DNA from: Amphiscolops sp. MND2022
Taxonomy: Eukaryota
Direction of reading: 5' to 3'
Length of the DNA stretch: 64,000 nt
NCBI GenBank assembly: GCA_964187785.1
Contig: OZ076409.1
Span: 18,168,001 to 18,232,000, forward strand
The stretch's first letter is position 1. Every line of letters starts with the position of its first letter. The position numbers and the translations under genes were made by a program. This document shows positions 25,301 through 38,360 of the stretch, piece by piece. The notes beneath the pieces are model-generated. The model saw only the letters and a program-made list of their open reading frames with translations, made no database searches and was not told the DNA's origin.

Positions 25301-28300
25301 CATTACGCCCAGAGCGGCCGTTACATCCAATAACTATGGGGACGGTAAATAACGTTCAAAGAAGGCAACCGTGATCTGCAACGGCGACATACCTCTAGTG
25401 TCCTAAAAGCAGGAACGAAGCGACGTGCCATTACCGATCTAGCGACTGGTTTTGACGAAGGCCGATCTGTAGTAAACGCTGTAGTAAACAGCGAATTCCA
25501 ATTAAAGTTATTATTTCCATCGCAAAAAAAATTATTTCCCCAATTCAGCGGGGTGAACGCCGAATAAGCAGTTTTGCTTTGCAAAGTCGGTGCCATCTCG
25601 GATATTATATCCCCATGACAAGCCATGGTACCCCATGTTGAGCACTCCCTGCGAATCTGTACAGATCTGCACAGATCCTGACAGATATTCCAGGATTGTT
25701 CGAAAATTGAATAGTCATAAATTCAGTTTTCGAAAAAGAAATTAGTTGGTTGAAAAGTGCTCTACGAAAAAAAACACGCCTCTTTGAAGTTTTAAAAAAA
25801 GTTTTTGTGGGAATCTGTACAGATCTGTAAAGATCCTTGCAGATCTGCAGTTGTCCTTACGTAGCAGTGGCACGATCTTTACAGATCCTCAAGGAAAATT
25901 GGCTCACAGATCTTTACAGATTCTCAAGGAAAGCTCAACATGGGACCATATTTGCAGCCAAGTGGTTAAGCAATGGTCAGGGAAAACAAAATTCTTGAAA
26001 GGTATTGAAAAGAAGATGCACAGATGTTAATTCACTGGGCGAGAATGATAGAAACAAAACAAATGACTTAAAGGGTGAGGTTATTTCCCATAATGTCGAG
26101 TTAGGTTAGTATTCACCGAAGTTTGTTTGTTTCGACAATGTTAGTTTTTACCGCATGAAGCGTCGGAAGTCTGTTCTGTTCCAGCTGAGTGTCATCGTCC
26201 CACTAAATACATCCACGTAACACCCAGGGATGAAGCAGAGTTCAAAAAGGCGACTCGAAACTTTCACACGAAAAGGGACGCAGAGCAATAAAGTACAACT
26301 TAATGGTGAAAGGTTGGATATTGGGACTTTCGAAAAATAACCCGAAAATTTGGAAAATGGATAAAAACTCCAACATCATGATCCACACGAGACATTCCAA
26401 ATTGAATTGACGGAATGTGAAACGATTAAATGACCTGGACGTTTTGTAACAAGGTTCATGAGTCATTCTTCTAGAAGTCATGCTTTGATAACTTCACGTG
26501 ACCTGCAACTGACCTCATGAAGCTCCTGAATGCAGAATGAGTAGCGCGGTTTGTCCTATTGCCCAGCACAAACATGTATATGAGAGTGATCGTCTCCAGG
26601 ATCCTCAGCTTCTCCACACGGTCATGCCCTTGACAGTTGTAGACCAGGTACAGACAAGGGTCCTGCTTGATGGGGTCGTCGTTGTTTGAGAACTGACCGT
26701 CCGGGTAATGCACCGCACACTGCACTCCATATTTGGTCAGGAACTTTCTGAAAACAACAATCGCTTTTGATACAATATGGATTCTTTCCCATTTAGTTGT
26801 CAACATTCAGTCTTTTTAATTATGACAAGTATTTTCAAAATATCAATCAAATCATTGACTCATTGTAAAACCTGTTATTTAGGTTTTGACTTGTAAACGA
26901 ATGAAACTAGAAAAAATATATTTTAGCAGCTCTTTCATGTAGGTATAATGAAATGATATTGAATCAACTTTTACCGATTTTCATCAATGACATGAAGGGT
27001 TAAGGATTTGCACCAATGACTATTAACCCCAATGAACCTAGTGATGCTTTAAAGCAGCCTACCTTTTTTTCCAAATTCTAATTCCTTTTGCCAGTAGCCC
27101 ATTTTCTCTAGCACAGTTTTTTTTCAACAAGTAATTGGTACCTAGATTGATTTGAATGGCACAAGCATTAGAAAAAGGGAATCCATCTCCAAAGCTGAGA
27201 AAAATGGGTTTTTGGCACAAAAAAAGAATTATATTTTCTCAAAATTCAGATTTTGACGAAATCCGGTTTTCTCAAAAGTCTTTGATCAATAGAAAAAACC
27301 AACCACATACCCTTCCACAACAAGTCCTGGTGCAACAAACCCCTATAATATTCTGTTGTTACTACAAGCCCCCGCGCAGCGGGCCGCACGAAGTGCGGAA
27401 CTGCCGCGAAGCGGCGGTACCGGAAAAAGAAGCTAAAATTCTGGAGAAAGGGGCGCGCGGCGACAGGAGCTCACCTGAGCAAAATGAAAGCCCAATACCA
27501 GACCTTTCAAACGCGCTATAGTTTGTTTCTCTGGTGCGCGTAGTTGTGGAGATATTAATTTTTTAAAATTTTTATTCAAATTTTTTGAAAATTTTAAAAA
27601 ACGCCCAGGTCGATTGGGGTTAATCTTCGAAGTAATAATCGAAACTTCCAATCGATAAAGTTGGCTTTGAACAAAATCAAAAAACGAAGAATGCGCAACA
27701 GGCAGACAAGCAAATAAGCAGATATACCAAAAAGCAGAACAAACTATAGCATAACTCAACTTGCACAGAGAAGATAACAATAACAATCTGGATTTGTTAA
27801 TTTTACTCCTTATGCGAGATATTCACGCAAATTGATTGTCGTCTGCTAGCTGCTCTGCTTTCTACAAAACTCACAATCACATGCTACCACAACCATGCGC
27901 CCATTCATGAAGGATCGGAGTTAATTGACAACTGATGAAGTTGTAGGAAACAAACAAAGTACTTTTCGAAAGCACTCCTTTTCAGGGTGATGATGCATGA
28001 AGACAACTTGTTTTGGGCATGACGCATTGAAAAAAACTGAACTAAGAATGTTTTTGATCAATTTTGAATACAATAATTTTTATTCACGTGGCTTGAATAA
28101 ATAAAAATCAGGAGAGTAACTACAGTGAGCTTATTACAGTAAGAGAGCGAGATCTCCTGAGTCGAGTGCTCCGTTGAGTGGGAACTTTTAGCACATGAAC
28201 TGCAGACTGTTGGGTCAAAAATCTAACGTTTAATAGTAGCACTAATCTAATTTGTGAAAAATCGGGTAGCATCACGAAGAAATTTTAATCAGTCATCTTT

Positions 28301-31300
28301 ACACACCTCAATTAATTGGTCGTACATACGTATTTGTACTTCCACGCTAAGCATGGTATCCGACGTTTGCACACTTCACACAAGTGAGAGAAAAAGCCTG
28401 TTTCCAGTATATCCAGTCGGGAACGGTGAAGGCTCGAAAAGTACAAAGTCCCTAAAATTCGCTTAATACCTGTTTCCGTGAAAATCAAATGTAACAAGAC
28501 GGGAACGTCCAAAGTCGGCGCTATATCTAAGGCTCCATAAAATCCAATTTGTTGCAAAAAAAATCAAAAAGATTCAAGAGAAGAGCCTTTGGAGACATTG
28601 AAAAATTTTCGAAAGTCTCACAGTGCCAAAAAAATTGAAAGGGGGGACACCTTTTAGTCTCCTCCGGTTTTGTATGTTACGTTGAAAAAGTAAAATATGA
28701 AAAGGGACCCTTTGCAATAACTTAGATGATTTTCCAGGTATTCGTTTAGTTGAACAAACTGAACAAAAATTTCGTCGCATTCGAGACTGTCTCCAAGAAA
28801 AAACGAGTGACTGTAATAGTCGGGCTCTTTTATTCAAAATCACAAAGCCAAAAATCCAGAGGGGACTTTTGTCAGTTCATAAAAACGCTAAAATACTGAA
28901 CTAACAAAAGCGGGAACTTTCCAACAAACATGGATTAAATATTCTATGCCTAAAGAAAAGTAAATTATTCAGTGTGAGGCCTATAATCTGACAAAAAGAC
29001 TGGAACGTCATAAGTCGGCGCCCGCTGAAGGTCTAAAAAGCGCTAAGTCTTATAGATTTGCTCAGAGTGGCCTTATGCAAATTTTCATAAATTTCAGAGA
29101 TACAAAAAAATCCTAAGGCACAGTGCCGCACAGTGCCGAAAAACTCTTGCCTCGTGAAACGTCTTTTCCGAAGTTAAAACAGGGGAAAACCGAAAAGGGG
29201 CGCAAACCGAATGATCTTTTGCATTCACTCCTCCAAAAGGTATTCGCGAAGATTTAATTACTTACGTCAACACACGATCGCTCATTGCCAACAAAATCCA
29301 TCTCACCTAGCCGAGAGAACATTTTGTGAAGATCGTTTGGTCGGAAAATGATTTTTTAGTCGGCGCTTTTCTAGTGAAAAGAGCCCGACTATTACAGTGG
29401 CTAGTTTTTTTTCGTCAGACCACAGACCTCATCGTGTAAGTACCACTTTTTACAGAAACTACTCAGGCCAAGTCCGGCCAATGCAAACTTAGTGCAAAGG
29501 GTCCCCCCTTTCAATTTTTTCGGCACTGTGCGAATTTTTTTTCGAAATTTTTTTATGTCTCAAAAGAGTTTTTTGATATTTTGCGACAGAATGTATGTTA
29601 ATGAATCCCAAAGGGTCCTTCCCCCTTTTGATTTTTCGGCACTATGCGACATTTTTCGAAAGAAAAAGTACGAAGTCTTTCTTCCAATTTTTTTTGTTCC
29701 CAGTCGGGAAAAAGTGATTTCCCCGTCATATCGAGCATGAACGGCACACTTTGGGTGTCTCGAAACTGTTTTCAAAGCTTTTCATGAATACGTCCTGGGC
29801 ATACCTGAAAAACTTTGCGCCTTAGATATAGCGCCGACTTTAGACGTTTCCGTCTTGTTTTGTTTTGACACCAGTGCTGACCAGTTTTACAAATCCGTGA
29901 ACGGATTCCGTTAACTGAAAGCGGATTCCGTTTCACATTTTAAAAAATCATAGAACGGATTCCGTTTTAAACTTTATTAAAACGGATTTTTAAAACGGAA
30001 AAGCAAATGAATATGCCGGAATAAAGCTTTGCTTGGTGTCCTGTCATCGCCTGCGAATGCGGCGAGAGCCTTTTCACACGAGGGATAGTTGTCCGACAAT
30101 CTGAAACACTGTCTTTGTTGGAAATATTAAAATGAGGTTTATTCTGGGTTGAAACCCCGATTTGAACAAACTGACATATTTTCTTTCAGTTTTATTTTAC
30201 GTTCTTATGTTCTGTAATCCTCTAACGGCCCGTTACATATGCCGCAGCGGGATTACGATATGCCGATTCCGGGATTCCGTTTTAAAAATCGTTTTCCGTT
30301 GAAATTTTAAAACTGGTCAGCACTGTTTGACACTTTCAGCTTGCGCAAAAAAAAACTTTTGATCATAAAAAAACTAAACATTGTAGAGTTAGGCATTTTT
30401 GCCAAAAGCGCCGACTAAAAACGGAGTGCTTAGACCTCTAACTTCGTTCAGAGACGTCCGGACAACTGAGTCCCCAAGAAATGAATTTTTCGGAAAACAA
30501 GAAATGAATAAAAACATTAATGCTGTTTCATAACTTGGCTCTTTTTTGAATTTGAAATTATATACAAATAAAAAATTCTAGTTCCCGTTCAAACTTACTA
30601 GAGCCAGTAAAAAAGCATGACTTGTAGTCTACAGTGAAATAACCACCGCCAAATTTGAGAAAACATTTTGACCTTATACACAACTACTGCAGTATTCATC
30701 ATCATCAAAGCTGTCACGGTGAAGTCTTTATTGATTTTTCTTTGATGCACAGTACCGCAGAAACAAGACACCAAATGTGTAATTTCGGGTATGAAAAACA
30801 GCATACTTGGTTGAATATTTTTTTCATTCAAGCATTAAAATATTCAGATCAATTAAGACGTACTGCATCAAGTGGGCATGCAGAAAACTGAAAAAAATAT
30901 AGCCAGACATGGTCAAAAATTGCATTAAAAATATGAACAAATTGCGTGCTATTACGTCTCGAATGACTCTTACAAGGTCTCCAAGAACATCAACTCTTAA
31001 ACATGAAATAGGACTGGAGAATTTTTTTTTCAAATACTGAGTGGTAAAGTGGAAAAACTAATTCAAGGAAAATGTCTTGCAATATACTTTTAAACAGTTC
31101 TTACATTTTGTGACTAAGTATCTTAATGTCATTTTTCAAAAAAGTGAAAATACAGAAGTAACGCTCATTTTTCAAGGTCGAAGTATGGGTTACAAGACAA
31201 AAACGCCCAATGAAAGACTACATGGGATTGCTGACCCTTCATCACCCACCGACTTTAAGTTGAGTTTTTCTTTTCATTTTAAAACAACGTATTGACTACT

Positions 31301-34300
31301 TGCTCCTCTATGGAATCAATATTTTGTTTGCTAGGTTGTTGAATATGTCATTACCAGTGACTTTTATTTTGTTTGAACACCTTCAATTAGATTTAATTAG
31401 AGGCAGTAAAATCAGTTCAAAAATTAGCTAGGCGCTTTTGACTGGGGCGATTATAACTGTAAAATGGGCGCTTTTGCCTGAAGTACTTTTGTCTGTACAC
31501 GGAAGTATGATTAAATTCTAAATCAAATTTAAGTCGGTAGTACCGTCAATATGGAGCAATAAAATAGGCAAGAGCAACTTGCCCTTCTAAATATTTGAAT
31601 GACGCACACAACAGATGATCAAACGATGAGAAAAATCTTACCTTTTTTTAGTAGAAGACTAAGATCTAAAATTTGACGTAGCATTATGATATTATAAGGA
31701 ATGAGAATTTGAAACAGTCAATTTTTATTGGGGTGCAAGGCAAAGTGAGAATCCTCCCACATTTTCAGTTCATAAAAATAATCTAAGCAGAAAATTCCAA
31801 ACAGAATGAAGTGGAAACTTTAAGGAGCATATAATTTCATGGATGAAATAACGGTAGTTATTTATTGCAAATTTATAATTTTTTTGACAGATATAGTTGA
31901 ATCCACCTAATTCGTATAGCTAGGGAGCGAATAAAATAGTCCGAATAATGAGAAATACGAATTAGCCAGAGGAAATTACTGTGGTCGTCGCGAAATGGGA
32001 GTCTCAGATGCATACAAATTAAATGAAGATCCGAATACGAATTAACCGGAGTTGAAAGTATGCTCTTCCAAAAAATGAGACAAAAACCTGATATATAGGA
32101 AATGAACTATCCAATGCCATTCTGATATCTGCAAATTCTATTTCGACTATTTTCGCTTCAACAGCGTGTATTTTCAATCTCTTCCAATTGCAACATACGT
32201 TGTTATGAACATTTTCTTAGAACTTTTCAAGACTAAATTGTGGTGAAATTGTACGTCAGTTTTCATGATTTTCCGACGAAAATGATTGATCGCTCCCTGA
32301 AACTCTACTGAATTTGGTCAATTCGTCCAAGGTAAATTACGTCTGAACTACATGTCAAAAGTGAGATCCGACAACGGTTGAAATTAATCGAAGTTGAATG
32401 ATGTGAACGCTTACAAAGTCTTGTTCCTGTGCAACTCGGGACAGGCGAGCAGAAGCGACTCCAGCACCACTGGTCTCTTGATTTCCTCGTCTACCTGGCT
32501 GTGCACCAGCTGGAAGCCTGGGTGGTTGGGGGCCGGGCTACCTACCATCACCCCGTCCGCCCCTATCTCAATTTCGTGATCCAGGTTGAGACTGGGGTTC
32601 GCATTCACTTCCAGCAAATGGGGCTCAAAGTTGTCGTCTATCAGAATGTCAAAACCTGTTCAAAAGCACTATAATGTTGAGATTTTCAAAAATATTTGCA
32701 AACTGCCATGCTCTGTTATGAGTGGTCGGAAACTTTTTATTCTGAATTTTAATTTTATATAATTCGATCCTCCATGCTGTCAATATGAGGTAATCGAATG
32801 GGTTTCACAGAAAGAAGTCCAGCTTTCTCAATTGCTGATTGTTAATTGGCAAAAATTGATTTCTAAGCGCAAAAATGACAGCCCCAGAAAGAAAAGAGCC
32901 CGTTTAGCATTTCGCCTGTGTTGATTGTAACAAAGCAAAATTACGATGAAAGTTACAGATAGTCCAAATCTTTTCTACCAATTCCTCAATACGGCAGATT
33001 TTGACCCAAACAAGCAAATGCTATGAACAAGACATTTATAGAATTATGCATTTATAGCATTTATAGATATGAAACAAAGAGAGAAGATTAAGATGTAAAA
33101 CCTAAAATTTGGAAGCACTGGGGCCCATTCTTGTTAGGTGGAATCTCGTCTCTGTAAGCGACCATCAGATCTGGTAATATTGCGAATATGGTCTTCACAG
33201 CGATGTCCTCCATCTTGGCCCAGAGTTTGTCTATGTTGTAGCCCTGGAACCGAACCATCAAAAATCACGTCCACATAATTTATAACCCAAAATTCGAGTT
33301 TTCGTTCCAGCAATTTCTTTTCGTTGCTTTTCTGCAATTCCAGCAATTCTTTTCGTTGCTTTTCTGTGACTAAAAATGTGAATAGTAAAAATATATTTGT
33401 TTTTTGTGAACCAAGCTCTTTTACACACCTATTTCCCACGACAGAATTAAACGATGGATGTTTCCCAGACATTAAAACGAAATTGACATTTTAAAGACTT
33501 TTTGGTCATAATTTAGGGGGTCTACTCCAGAGCCTGCGTAAAATCACCTCGTATTCTCAACTCAGACCGCTAAAGCTTGGACTCGGAAACTATTAAACAA
33601 CTGCTGCTTTTGTATATAGTCTTATTGCTGCAATTTTTTTCCCGTGATTTCAGCGTTATTTTCTATTTGAAAAAGCGTGAATAAGTGCGTGGTTTTTGGG
33701 CATGATCGCGCGTGATTTTATGCTGGCCCTAGTGTACTCTGTGTAAACGTAGACATGCCTGTGACTGTAGGTAGTTGAAGACAGAGGAGAGGAGACGCTT
33801 GCTGCCTTTGGACATACTGTCTGTGTGTTGGTAGGTCTCCGAGTACTTGTTCAGAGAGTAGTTGGTCAGGTGCATGTAGACCTTGGACTTGTTGGCAGGA
33901 GATGGCTTCTGATAAGGCACTGTGCAGAAACGTACCATTCCTGAAATAATAAATGAGTCATCATTCTCACACACTGCTCGACACAAGACGCCCAAACGAA
34001 AACAAAGAAATATTTTCCTACCAAACAGCAATTAAAATTCATTCATGGGACGGGATATCATGGAGTCCTTTCAAATTGTACGAATGCAAGATTTGCAAAG
34101 TATCGTTCATTTTTTTTCTAACCAGCTCATGTATTTTTCAACGAAATTAAACAACTTACTCAAGTCTTATTTTTGTTGAATACAACAGAACAAATGAGGT
34201 TTCAGTAATCGTTATCGGAAGAACTTGTCTGAAGTTTCTCTTAAAATTGAAACCCTTTTTGGAAAACATGGGAACAACTCAATACCTTCTCGGGAGATGA

Positions 34301-37115
34301 AGATTTCCACATCTTTGAGATGACGTAACAAGACGTAAATACGGAAGTCGAACTTCATTCCGTCTATTAGTAGCGGGTTTGATAAGTACTCTTGCACCAG
34401 ATAGTTTCTCGGAAGAGAGGGGTCCATGTTTCGTGGGTTGTCTTCCAGAAATATTCCACTGCCTGTAGATACGATTCCAAAAAGTAATCTCTTGAGTTAT
34501 ATATTGTCGCTATTCTAGATATATCAAGCTAAACCGAAACACTATTTCTAAGGTAAAAATCACAGCAAAAATCATTGCAATCTATTCAGTGGAGAAATCT
34601 TTGAGAAGATTAATAAAGCAATGGCAGTAATTGAGCGAAACTTGGGGTCGTCAGGTATCAACCCCAACCAAACGTCCTAGAATGAGTAGTTTTGCACATG
34701 TCTAGAGCTCAGAGTCATTGGAAACCTCGATTAAAGACGCGATTTCATCACAAAATAAACATAATTCGAACGTTTTTCTAATCATGGTTATTTGCAAATA
34801 AACATGGTATTCATTTTATTTAAACAAATAAAAATTAGAGTATGATATGGATGATTAAGCATCATCTGACACCCAAGAAGACAGATTTGACAGAGGTATT
34901 TTTTGTTGAATTTTATAAACCTTGAGAAGCATCGTCGGGTTTGAAGATGAACCAAAACTTGTCCCTGTTTCTGCCATCTGCGGCAAAGATGTCATGGTCA
35001 CAAACAAGCTGGGGATACTCTTCTGGAATATTCCATGATCGCGGGTAAAACTTGAACTCTTCCGGAAATAACCGCTTCAACCTCCGGATGGCGCATGTTA
35101 GGCTCTGTTTTCTGACTATTTGGACCATACCTAAAAATTTTAGATGACAATAATTCGGTCAGAAAGATCGCAAACTGGGATTCAAAAAACACCAGTGATC
35201 AATATATACTATCTTCAGTAATTTATGACAACTGATATTTCGTGACTGGATTCAGGCATTAGCGCCTGTTGGGTGATGAACTTGAAGAACAGGATGTGAA
35301 CTTCTTATAGAGACACGAGATCAAATTGGGATTTAAATATCAAAATATCAGCAAAATTCACCCACAATATTCTTGAGAACAAAAACAAATAGATACAGGT
35401 AGGTCTATTTTTGAAGTCAAGGTCACTTTTCCCATCAGCTGAAAAGATAGTCGGATCGAATTTCCAGTCGAATGGGGGATCGCAGGGTGTCGGAAAATGG
35501 TTAACCTGGAAATTTATTGATGCGAATGTTTTTGTTGAATGGGATGCAAGGAGTGTCTTCGAATGATACTGCGTGCCAGAAAATATCCGGAACCCTCATT
35601 GCTCTGACTGAACTCTGAAACGGACACAAAAAGACAATGGACATAAAACAACTGACTCCTTATCATCGAAAAACTCAAACGCTTACTGATAGACAAAAAT
35701 CGATTTGAAAATCACAGATTAAAATGTATGGCAGTTCGAATTGAAAAAAAAACGGGAGTTTAGGGATTGCAGTGTATACGGAAAAATGTATATAACTTGG
35801 AAATACACGTATTACTAACATGTTGGAAATGGTTTTTGATTTCGAACCATCCCAAGTCATTCATACACAGCTTCATGACTTGCACGGACGTCTTAGCATG
35901 AGAAGTATCCACAAAAACATGGGCTCGTTCCTGTTTCGATTCCCTGACCGTTGAAGGTGAAGACGCACTATCAGGTTGCCCAGGGTAGACAACCGAAGGC
36001 TTATGAACGACTGCTGCATTTTGGAGGTTTGTGGTATTTAAAGCTAAAGTGGAGTTATTCTCACTGTCACACGTGGCGACTTCTGCATTGGAGTTGCCGG
36101 GCTCGCTTTCCTCTTGTTGAACTTTCACTATCACTCGTTTCAAACTATCCAGACAAATGTCTTTCTCATTTTCTTTCAGCTGAAAACAACTGCCATGTCC
36201 GGAAAATGAAAGTCAAATCTTTAGACGGTTTTTGAACTGATACACAATGCAATTGGGAATGAAAGCTCCAAAACTTCAGGTAATTTCAGCTAAGAGCATG
36301 AGCATGAAAAGTGTTATGAACTAAATTGATTATTTCAAATTGCCTTTTCAGTTTGAAAATTCTGTTTTAGTTGGTTTAAATACGATTATCGCGTTTGCGA
36401 TATCTCCAGTGAAAGTTTAAATCAAGACCGAAAAAGTTTTGAAATCGACCTACTTTAATCTGTTTCATATGAAAACATATCCATTTTGTTTTATACTGTT
36501 TCGACACCCGGCTTCGGTTCCAGTTTATACGATTTCGGTTAGTCAGCACTATAGACAATGAATCGATGAAAAAGCTTCGGCTCTTTTCTGTTCCCCTCAA
36601 CCACCCACCGCCAAACTTTTTTGGGAAATTAGTGAAAATATTATGACAAAAAGACTTGAATACAAACCAGAAACCGTCAATTTTAAAATTTATTTCCAAG
36701 GTGTCAGTTTGGAATTGACAAGTTCACGCTATTTTGCTTACAAAAGTCACGCAAAAACTACATATGCCCATAATAATAGTCAAAATGTGTGAAAAATGTT
36801 TTGTTCAAACAAAAAACTATTCTAATAGATGTTAACTTCCTGTTATGAAAGGTTTTACTTTTAATAAGGCTGGTCTTAATTTTTCAAGAAAATTTACTTT
36901 CAAAAATTGTGGTGGTGGTGGTGGGGAAAAACAGAAAAGAGTCAAAGCTTCGAACAGCAAAGCTTCAAAATCTATCAAAACTCTTATCAACTTATCAGAA
37001 ACTTGCTGCCCGTTGCATGTACAAGCAACAAAAGAAAGTCAACTTCACTAACGAAGTCGAAACTAGTCTTCGTGCTCGGAACCAGCCCAGAAAAGCGACC
37101 GAACAGAAAGTTCAT
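16393..37115 (-). CDS. TTLL11: Tubulin polyglutamylase TTLL11-like. Exons: (37115-37053 uncertain), 36179-35820, 35614-35506, 35130-34921, 34462-34286, 33940-33759, 33243-33102, 32655-32415, 26747-26514, 24938-24762, 17598-17352, 16740-16393
   Basis: Spliced translation gives DIFWHAVSF..INKFPGM..LFPEEFKFYPRSW..KPDDASQG..VQEYLSNPLLIDGMKFDFRIYV..HLTNYSLN..GSKR..CFQILGFDIL..LLEVNANPS..VDEEIK and the TTLL11-type C-terminal AASVDLLFI..AFVEAF. All exon phases are compatible. The start codon and first exon are uncertain. Confidence 0.9.
17822..17836 (-). promoter_or_regulatory. Polypurine tract
   Basis: GAAGGAAGGGGGAA on minus, abutting the 3' LTR. Confidence 0.85.
18098..23331 (-). pseudogene. Gypsy gag-pol, disrupted
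   Basis: Zn knuckle CRNCKRRGHYEKMC, protease IDSGS, RT WLDDII, RNase H TDAS..ELELLAV..TDH, IN HKGH..CIPC, LDF, TDKG, GLVERG. Frameshifts near 22910 and 21815. In-frame stops at 22329, 20288, 20069 and 19253. Confidence 0.92.
23330..23347 (-). promoter_or_regulatory. Primer-binding site, tRNA-Ser-like
   Basis: TGGCGCAGTAAGCAAGAT directly after the 5' LTR, complementary to a ...CTGCGCCA tRNA 3' end. Confidence 0.7.
25632..25944. mobile_element. CMC/EnSpm-like MITE (CCC termini, 2-bp TSD AC)
   Basis: TIR CCCATGTTGAGC/GCTCAACATGGG with ACAGATC subterminal repeats. The empty site ATGGTACCATATTTG is seen at about 43242. Confidence 0.75.
28492..28860 (+). mobile_element. Helentron/DINE-like repeat, partial
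   Basis: AACAAGACGGGAACGTCCAAAGTCGGCGCTATATCTAAGG start. Confidence 0.55.
29352..29860 (-). mobile_element. Helentron/DINE-like repeat
   Basis: TTTTAGTCGGCGCT ... AGCGCCGACTTTAGACGTTTCCGTCTTGTT. Confidence 0.6.
29872..30325. mobile_element. hAT-type MITE, 454 bp
   Basis: Perfect 18-bp TIR CAGTGCTGACCAGTTTTA, perfect 8-bp TSD TTTGACAC, internal AACGGATTCCGTT repeats. Confidence 0.92.
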
Positions 37116-38360
37116 CTGTTCATGTTCCGAGTAATCCACCAGCTCGCTCACAATGCGAGGTCCTTCTGCATCGTGGTTGTCCAGGTCGTCCGCTTTCTTC
37201 CCGTCACCGCATCTTTCTTCCGAGCTTTGTTTCCCATGGCTCTGGTTTGTGTTCACGTTTTCCGACTGTCCTTCAGTTTTGCTATTGCCGTCAGGGCTCT
37301 GCGAATTTTGAACCAAGTTAAAGAAACCACAATATGAACAGTAGTAGAAGTACGAGTAGAAATAAAACAGCCCGAGACTGATCGGAGATGAAGAAGTCTC
37401 GGATAAAAAGACTATTAGGTTATTTGAAATAAATAATCCAATAAGAGAAGCAAATTTGAATGCATACTATTTCATTTAAATAAGACGTTCAAACCGGAAT
37501 ACGACATACATACATATAGCAAATAAAGTTGCAAGTCGTTCAAAGGAGTATTTTCGAGACTAATTTGAGCAAGAAAAATAAATTCATAAAATCCGCAACA
37601 TTGTGACGTTTACAAAAAAATTTTAGCACTGATCAGTGCAAGTTATGTAGCAATTAAAGTTAATTACGGCAGCACTCAAAAATGACAAGCAGAAAGAGGA
37701 GAGGTCAGAAAGAAAAAAAGCCAATTACGCGTCAAACGCTTGGTCAGTGTGTTGTAACGTTGAGAATAGAGGCTACTCTGACAGCATCGCGGCCATCAAG
37801 AAGCACTAAGTCAGACTAAATGCCAAAGAAGAGCTACCCAAGGCGACTTCAGCTTGAAACTCAAAAAAGTTTTTCACCTGAGACGAAAAAACAACACTCA
37901 TTAGAACCGTTTAATAGTCTCCATTGTTTTACAGTAGTATCATCTGATCAGATCTTTTTCACAAAAAAACAAGCTATATACACCACATGGGTACAAAAAA
38001 TTACAACACATTTACATTCTAACACGTCAAAGAGTGGAAAATTTTGTTACGAAAAAAATTTTTAAACTTAATAAAAATACATAAGGACCGCGCGTACTGA
38101 AACCGGAGTTTGGTGTTGTAAGAGAAAATACTTTTTTGCCCTTATTACATGGCGGGCGTGTCAGTGAAAAGAGTTTGGGTGTCAGTACGCTGCAAGCTGC
38201 AGAGCCTCCTTACAGTGTCAATAACGATCCTATAAAGTAAATTTGGAAAACATCGGTAAGTGGAGGGTAATTTACAAATTAGGACAATGTATCTCAAACT
38301 TTATTGATCGTCAAAAATTATTACTTGGTTTTGCGAGGAGCACCCGAGGGATTGTCAGAG

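Noticed and set aside
37116..37316. Upstream extension of the first TTLL11 exon
   Set aside because: Open frame but no in-frame ATG or verifiable upstream exon, so left out of the model.
37400..38360. TSD, tail or downstream half of an SL gene at the CRE 3' end
   Set aside because: No convincing match to the 5' flank or to the leader was found.
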